In this document: one piece after another, positions 52,789 to 64,000 of the stretch | Layout of the letters: each line of letters opens with the position of its first letter | Numbering within the stretch: the first letter of the stretch is position 1 | Program-made: the position numbers and the translations under genes | The notes under the pieces: model-generated | Database searches by the model: none | What the model saw: the letters and a program-made list of their open reading frames with translations, nothing else | Told to the model about the DNA's origin: nothing | Assembly: GCA_003344405.1 (NCBI GenBank) | Contig: NOWV01000024.1 | Location: forward strand, 124,001-188,000 | Length of the DNA: 64,000 nt | Direction of reading: 5' to 3' | Origin: Trichoplax sp. H2 | Taxonomy: Eukaryota

Positions 52789-53295
52789 TTATAAGATCAT
52801 CTGGCAATTGTACCATGAAAATTTGCCTTGGACTACGGAGGATAAACCAAGGCATTGAAATCCTGCTTTCTCATAAAATGGTATTAAATAATCGTGAGCA
52901 ATCAGATTGATCACCGATATCGATGGAATAGCTTGCTTAATGTATTCTATATAATGTTTGAGCAATATAGAGGCGATACCCTGTCGTCGGAAATTGCTCG
53001 TAACACATAAAGCATGAATGCATAATGTTTTACCATTTGCTGCATGCTCATACATGGACTGAAAAGTTAATAAATTATCGTTGCTTCGCGTACCACAAAT
53101 GAAAGCAACGATTTTGCCATTGATTTCGTATCCTAGAAATAAATCACTTGCCACATTAAATCGATCCATAAGTTGTGCTGGGGTAGCAGCCTCCTCTATA
53201 GGAAAGCATTCTAATTCTATTTGGCATATAGTTTCCATATCTGCTTGGATTATCGGTCGTAAGATGCCGTTGATACCATCTTGTATCGATTCCAT
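52789..53295 (-). CDS. GNAT acetyltransferase, AANAT/PAA1-like, copy 4 (intronless, 168 aa)
   Basis: IELECFPIEEAATPAQL, AFICGTR, HAANGKTLCIHALCV...FRRQGIA, LIAHDYLIPFYEKAGF. Confidence 0.92.
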   Translation of the reverse strand: MESIQDGINGILRPIIQADMETICQIELECFPIEEAATPAQLMDRFNVASDLFLGYEINGKIVAFICGTRSNDNLLTFQSMYEHAANGKTLCIHALCVTSNFRRQGIASILLKHYIEYIKQAIPSISVINLIAHDYLIPFYEKAGFQCLGLSSVVQGKFSWYNCQMIL

Positions 53296-53861
53296 GTTTC
53301 ACATTAATATTAATGTTATTCTTAAATCAGTTTGACGAATGCCACGATTATTGCAATTCTACTATTTGTTAATAAAATTTAAGGATCAGGGAAGAGTTTA
53401 AAACATACATAACCTCGAATTAAAATAGCAAAGATTTAAAATCGTTTAAAAGTGATTCGTTCAGGCAATCGTTATCAGATGAGACTACTCATTATCACAA
53501 TGTATATCAAATTTGTAAGAAATATAGTGGCAGTGCCTAAGTTAATTTCTGAATATAATGCAAATACTTAGTAATGCTCTTTCTGGAATTCGCTTTTAAT
53601 TTTTCAGCGTCCAAGCTATGAATTATCTACATACTGATATCGAGTACTGAAAAAGATGCAATATTGTCATCTAAAGAGATCGTCATATTTTAATTTAAAT
53701 CTACTCTGCTACTATCTAAAATTGTATTAAGCTGCTAGCTAAATCAATTTAAATTATTCTTTGTATAATCTTAAACTTCTCTACACTAATCATGTAGACG
53801 AATAATGCAAACACATAACAAAAATATAGCAATGCTGAAATATGTAGATCAGCGGGCATTC

Positions 53862-54419
53862 ATGAGAATGCAAACCCTACCCTGAAACACTGTTTCTTAG
53901 TAGCAAAGTACTGGTATTCTCCTATGGAAAGTTGCTGCCCTAAAAATTTTAACCTTAATCTTAGCAATGTAATAATATCTCACGACTCTTTCTAATTATT
54001 CCAATAATTACTTCAAATCACAAAGTAAAAGACAGAAAATGCTACTAATCAAGCATGCACAATTTTGGCTACTAGCAGAGTCGACTTAAACCATTTTGCA
54101 TATAATCTAAGCATCTCTACGTTTATTATGCTCTTAATTAATGCAACTACATTAGTAAAAATATATCAATGCTGTAATATACAGACCAGCATACTATACA
54201 TAAATGAGAATGCAAACCTTACCTGGAAATGCTGCTTCTTTGTGGAAAAGTACAACTACTCCCTTATGGAAAGCTATTTCTCTGTAAATTTCAATCTCAA
54301 TCGTAGTAATCCAAGAAGATCTCGCAACTACTTCTAATTATTATTCTAATTATCACCACCTAATGGCAAAGGTCAAAAGTAGAATAAGTCATGAGTCAAG
54401 CATGCGCAAGTTTACTACC
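53862..54419. repeat. Two diverged copies spaced 342 bp
   Basis: ATGAGAATGCAAACC at 53862 and 54204, each followed by TATGGAAAG, CTTCTAATTATT and TCAAGCATGC. Confidence 0.75.
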
Positions 54420-54833
54420 AACAGATTTCAATTAAATAAATTGCTTTGATGGAAATTTACGTCATAAATTATAGGATCAAGATTGTTTCGATTCATCTAA
54501 TAGTAATATAAGCAATCAAGTTTTGAATGGTAGCTTGCAGTATATAGAGGCTGTCTTATTATTTTTTAGTCCAGTTCTGTTTCTAATAACGTTTCATAAA
54601 CTATAGCGCTAACGGCTTGAATGTTGCTTTTTATTCGATATACAGTCGTGATTATGATAACTGTCGCCAGTCATTATCTAGTACTTTGATCTAGTGCAGA
54701 TGTGCCTTTGATTTATTGCCGAATTTTTCAATTTTCCTTAGCATGGCATAAGGTTGTCCTGGTTGGGATGAGATTAGTCCTAAGGAGTGAGTTTATTTTC
54801 CCAATTGTTGAAAGTTATCTTAGAAAGAAGCCA

Positions 54834-55880
54834 ATGGATCACATGCATATTCAGGAAATCAATTCTCTGCTTGAAAATAGACATCATCTATTTAATAATA
54901 GAGATTAACTGCAACCTAGAAGTAGCTATCTCCAAGCGTTAGATAAAACTCATCGGTTGACAAGCAATGATATTGCTGGAGATCAACTACAATGTGATAT
55001 TTATCTAAATATTTCTATGACCTATTGGTAACAACATGAATTAGCATCGGCTCAACAAAACTGTGATCGATCAGGAACGCTAGCAAGAAAGATCATGGAT
55101 CAAGCTCGACTTACTCGATGTTTCCATCATCAATGGGATATACAAGCAATGAAAGAGGCTTATGATGATGCATTAGATGATTATAAGCAATCATTGGCTT
55201 TGAAATTAAAATTGCCAGGAGAGAACCATGTCGATGTAGCTGAAGCTTATCATAGTATGGGAGAAGCTTATTTTCGCCAATCGAAATTAGATGATGCTTT
55301 AATTTTATATCAGAAAAGCTTAGATATTAAAATTAATATATCTGGTGATAATAATTTAAATGTTGCTCGATCCGACAATGGCATTGGCAGTGTTACAGAG
55401 ATCTTAAGTTCGATGCTGCTCTATCCATGTATCAAAAGGGTCTCCATATTGAGCTGAAATTGTTAGGGGATTGCAATTTACACGTTACAATATCTTACAA
55501 CAACATTGGTAGTGTTTATCAAAATCTATCGAATTATCATCAAGCTCCATCCATGTATCAAAAATGTCTAAACATAGATTTGGAAATACTAGGCGATGAT
55601 GATCTAAAAGTGACTTTATCTTATAATAATATCGGAGCTATATATACAATCTTCAAGGCAAGAATAAAGACGCACTATCCATATACAAGAAATTCTTGAT
55701 ATTAAACTGCAAATTCTAGGCAATAACAACTTAGATGTTGCTCGAACTTATAATAACATGAGAATTGCTTATGAAAATCAATTTATATATGATGAAGCAA
55801 TTACTACGTATCAAAGGCCCTTTCTATTCAACAGAAAGCATTGGGGGGTCGAAGTTTACATGTTGGTACATATGTTGCTA
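54834..55880 (+). pseudogene. Decayed TPR gene, paralog of the 35424 gene
   Basis: DQLQCDIYLNISMTYW*QHELASAQQNCDRSGTLARKIMDQARL aligns with DQYLCDTYLDISAAYREKYQLTPAIEYADQCEKLAKKLKDQLRI. It is followed by 42-aa TPR repeats split across three frames by stops and frameshifts. Confidence 0.88.
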
Positions 55881-57145
55881 CATATAAGAAGAATATCTGC
55901 TGTTCAGGTATTATTTTTAATTCCAACCCTAATGATACAAGTCGTAAGTCTTTACTACAGTGACGTCAATGTTGCAAGAAATTGCATAAAATTATTAAAC
56001 AGTTTACCAGTAATTTACCATTTATGCAACGGTCTATTCCTACACCTTGGTATATTATGGCATCCTTGCTATACACATCCGTTAATAATATCAACAGATA
56101 GAATATTTCTGATGAATTTAAAGATATATTAAAAAAAAATTTGCAACATTATGCGATATGAAGATATTAAAAAATTAGCTCAGGATTTCGGATTTTGGGA
56201 AAATGATAAAGTTACGCAGTATTCTTACGTATCTGCATGACACTGGTGATATCGTATTTTGTCAGAAAGAAGGCATCAATAGAATGATTGTAACCAATAT
56301 AGACTGATTGCTGCAAATATTTCGTAGTATCATTAAATTAGATCGGCATCTGTTTAAAATTGTAGAAGCGAGAGAAAGTTATAATTTAGCTCGTCGGACA
56401 GGTATTATGTCTGAAACTTGTCTTGATTATGCTATCACAGAATTTAAATTAAATCAGATAGAAAAAGAATTTGTACTACAATTGATGGAAAGTTACAATA
56501 TGATCAGTAAGATTGATGACGAACATGAAGATGATGAGGCAACAGCACTAAATGGTCTATATTTTATACCTTGTTTACTTAATTCATATGCTGATGAACT
56601 CGATTTAAGTGGTTATAACGTATCCGATTGTTTATATATTAGCTATAATAAATGCTTCGTTCCTTATATACCGAATGGAATATTTTATTGCCTGCTATCA
56701 GCGTGTCTAAAAATGTGGAATAATCGCCGTGTAAAGTTATATTACCAATGTGCTAAATTTTTCCAATTGGACGATTATTATTATGCCATCGTTAGGAAAG
56801 AAAAATCTTATATTAGCCTACAGTACTGCTATCAGGAGATAAACGATGTCGAAATTTTGAAATTGATCAGCCAGAAAGTCGAGATATCAATTCATCAAAA
56901 GCGTCCACATAATACTATCAAAGAGAAATTTTATGAAATTATGAATGAGAGAATGCCTAAGTATGCAAATTTACCGTGCCAGTTCTCTATGTTCGATGTA
57001 GCGAATGCCATCAAATGACAAATCTTAATTATCGATATCATGAAGATCGGAATATATTTCGTTGCTGTTAAGATAATTGCAATAAATTTTTCAAAAGTCA
57101 GTCGATTATTGATTGGATGCTTTATAAAAGAAAAAAAACTAACAG
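55880..57145 (+). pseudogene. ROCO remnant: Roc C-terminal helix, COR domain and Cys-rich tail
   Basis: KKLHKIIKQFTSNLPFMQRSIPTPW (Roc-COR junction IPxxW), YLHDTGDIVF, IVTNID*LLQIFRSII (TGA at 56305-56307 at the conserved W), YFIPCLL, PNGIFYCLL, then a frameshifted VRCSECH. Several stops and frameshifts. Confidence 0.75.
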
Positions 57146-58922
57146 GTACGGATAGGATAATGCTATAGTATATTTAATTATCGTAAGATGCTTGTCGATA
57201 AACATGTACTATAAAAATGGCAACTAGTTGCTTTCTGTAGAGCATTACTATTTATCAGACTGAGTTTACTGTGTATAAACACTCGACCTTATTAATGTAA
57301 AATATGAGTATAGCTAATTAATAAAAGTTTAATGCTACAACATATTATACCATATGTATTGGTAACGATGTACATTTTCTCCGATAGTGTGAGCAATGAA
57401 TATCTACCAATATCGTGATTATTAGTCTAACCAATCTTATGAAAAGGGTAACTTACTAATATTTTAGTCGTAACTGAAAAATAATCGGTTGTACTGTATT
57501 TAAAACTATATAGGGACGCAAAACAAATTCCAACCTAGTTCAAATGGAATGGAATTTATAAACGCGGTGATTGAAAGAAATTATAAGACAATAATAAATG
57601 ATTTGCCATTAAAATCGTTAATCTACGACTTTAGAGGAATTAATTCTTAAATGATGACGATGTCGACTTATTAAATTTAATTTAATTAATCATTATAAGA
57701 AACGTAATCATGAACTTATCATCATCTTATAGCGAAAAGGAATAGATTCATTCTTAAAATTTTGCAATACTTTAAAGGAAAATGAACTGCGTTGTTTACA
57801 AAACCTTGGGAAGCAACTAAAAATGGATATAGCCAATCTCGGTACGACCATGATTCCTTAAAAAATCATTACGGCATATGCACGATGGGGAAGCCAACGC
57901 GTAACGCTAATTGCCCGGGCTGTGATTATGTAATTATGGCATATTACGATATACAACCTAATTGCTATAAATTTATTGGATCATATTAGGCATAACATTT
58001 TCAATGCAATACATGGATATAATCAATTACTCCTTAGTAGCTGCAATGAAAACTACGAGCTAGCAAGGTTATTAATATACCCTAAACATAATTGATTACC
58101 ACCGTAAATCTATTTTTTATCATTGGTACGAGCATTGTTATAAAGATTTGTTAAAAATTATAAATAACAATGATTGACTAGTCCTAGCTTAAAGCTACAC
58201 GTTCATGGGATCTTTTATTTCGCGTAATATTCTTTCTAATCATCAATACAGATTCAGCAAAATAAAAGTTAAATCAAAGCATCTTATATCTGAATACAGC
58301 CTTAAAAGTGTCATTTTCATCACAGTTTTTAAATTACCGAGCAATAAAGATAATAAGGACAAAGATCTATGAAAATAGTCATCAGTCCATTAATTTCAAC
58401 TATCATTATGATAAAAGAGTGCTAATATTCGAAAAGAAAATCAGATATGTGCACAGCACTTATGACGAAAACTAGATGAATTTATTGGACAAATTTAAAG
58501 TTTCTTTATGTGCTGTCTGTCTTTCAATTTTATAATAAATCCAAGGAAATGTTACCTATAACATTTTTGAGATTTAAAAACTCGTGTCGGAAAATGAATT
58601 AACTATAAAAAATTGACAACGTGCTCCGAAAGTTATACGTAAAAATTGCAATTTCTTGCATTTCGGAAGCTGCTAGTCATAATCTGACAGTTATAAAGAC
58701 ACATGTTTTATAAATATCCAAAGGATTTCTTAATTTTTTAAATAGATATCAGACAATTTGTAGCAAATAGATATCCTTTTCATTTTATCTATCGTACAAC
58801 TGACAACAATAGTATACCAGTGAGTGTTTTGTTAAATTATGGAAGCTATTCATTACTAAATCACTAGTTCTTACGGCGGATTGATAAGAACTACAGACGA
58901 CGATGAAAATAAGCCGTCACCA

Positions 58923-63201
<4,279 letters not shown>

Positions 63202-64000
63202 TTTCGATGTTTCTGCCTGGAACGATCTGATGACGTTAAAGAGTTAACTTCGTATTTAATTGAAGTCAATCCTAGGTCTATCGGTGGATAATTTCAATGG
63301 TGGTTCAATAATACTAATCTAATTTGTTGATATTACATGCTATTAGTTGGATTTTAGCATGGGTTGAACTTTCACCTTGGCTCTTGTTCTCGTTATGTCG
63401 TAATGCCTAAGGCCAAGCGATGACAAGCCAGTTTTCAACAAGGCCAGAAAAAGGTTTGTGTACACTCCGAAGACGATACTTGCTAATACTACCACAGTAT
63501 TGACCGTATTGTACCTGATGTTGACTCTAAGTCAATTAGTGCTTCTTATGCAATGTCGAGTCTGCATTCCAATCCTCTAGACAGTGGCCACCCTACTACT
63601 GTAATCCTTCTTTCAAGGCGTGAATCAATGCATACCTAATAAGATGAGTTCGAATCGATAGGCACTCCTACTCTATCGGTAATAAGAGCTTCTTAAGCAC
63701 CTTGCAGACTCGGCTGAGTAGCATCGCCATTGGCATACCCTTCTACAGTATCAAGCCTAGGTTGGCATCTTCAACAGCCGAAAGTATATCCCAACAAATA
63801 TGTGAAAGAACTTGGTTTGTTTGAATAGAATAATATCCATAATACGATAATGCATTCATCATCGTAATCATTGTCCTGTCAAGATGTCAATAGAGAAAAG
63901 AATTTGCTTTTATGATTCATTGATTACGAGCAGCTAATTGGATCGAATTAAATGGAGTACTCCTTGCAGGGTGTATTGCATTCGTTGGTCCACTATAGTC

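Noticed and set aside
56305..56307. TGA as selenocysteine or Trp recoding in the COR segment
   Set aside because: Surrounded by other stops and frameshifts; a TGG-to-TGA mutation in a pseudogene is sufficient.
63420..64000. First exons of a divergent + strand gene
   Set aside because: Splice-like sites exist but no recognisable protein could be assembled before the window ends.

Overview
AT-rich, intron-containing animal genomic DNA. The 42-aa TPR genes, ROCO remnant, orphan rhodopsin-type GPCR and intronless AANAT-like GNATs suggest a placozoan such as Trichoplax; this is inference, not proven. Genes reconstructed by hand with GT-AG introns: PPAT (+, 4 exons), BCS1L (-, 6 exons), a class A GPCR (+, 3 exons), a TPR solenoid protein (+), four tandem AANAT/PAA1-like GNAT genes (-), a decayed TPR / Roc-tail / COR (ROCO) pseudogene, and an 18-exon kynurenine 3-monooxygenase (KMO, -) that the ORF track essentially misses. 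The non-coding DNA holds five complete solo LTRs (TG...CA, perfect 5-bp TSDs, two apparent sub-families), one partial copy and one tentative copy. One LTR interrupts GNAT copy 3 and could be spliced out in frame. Both 20-N assembly gaps appear to join an empty and an LTR-filled allele of the same site. There are also a MITE-like element and several tandem repeats. The most interesting hypothesis is a tryptophan-derived-amine neighbourhood (KMO + AANAT-like array + orphan GPCR); co-location is seen, function is not shown.
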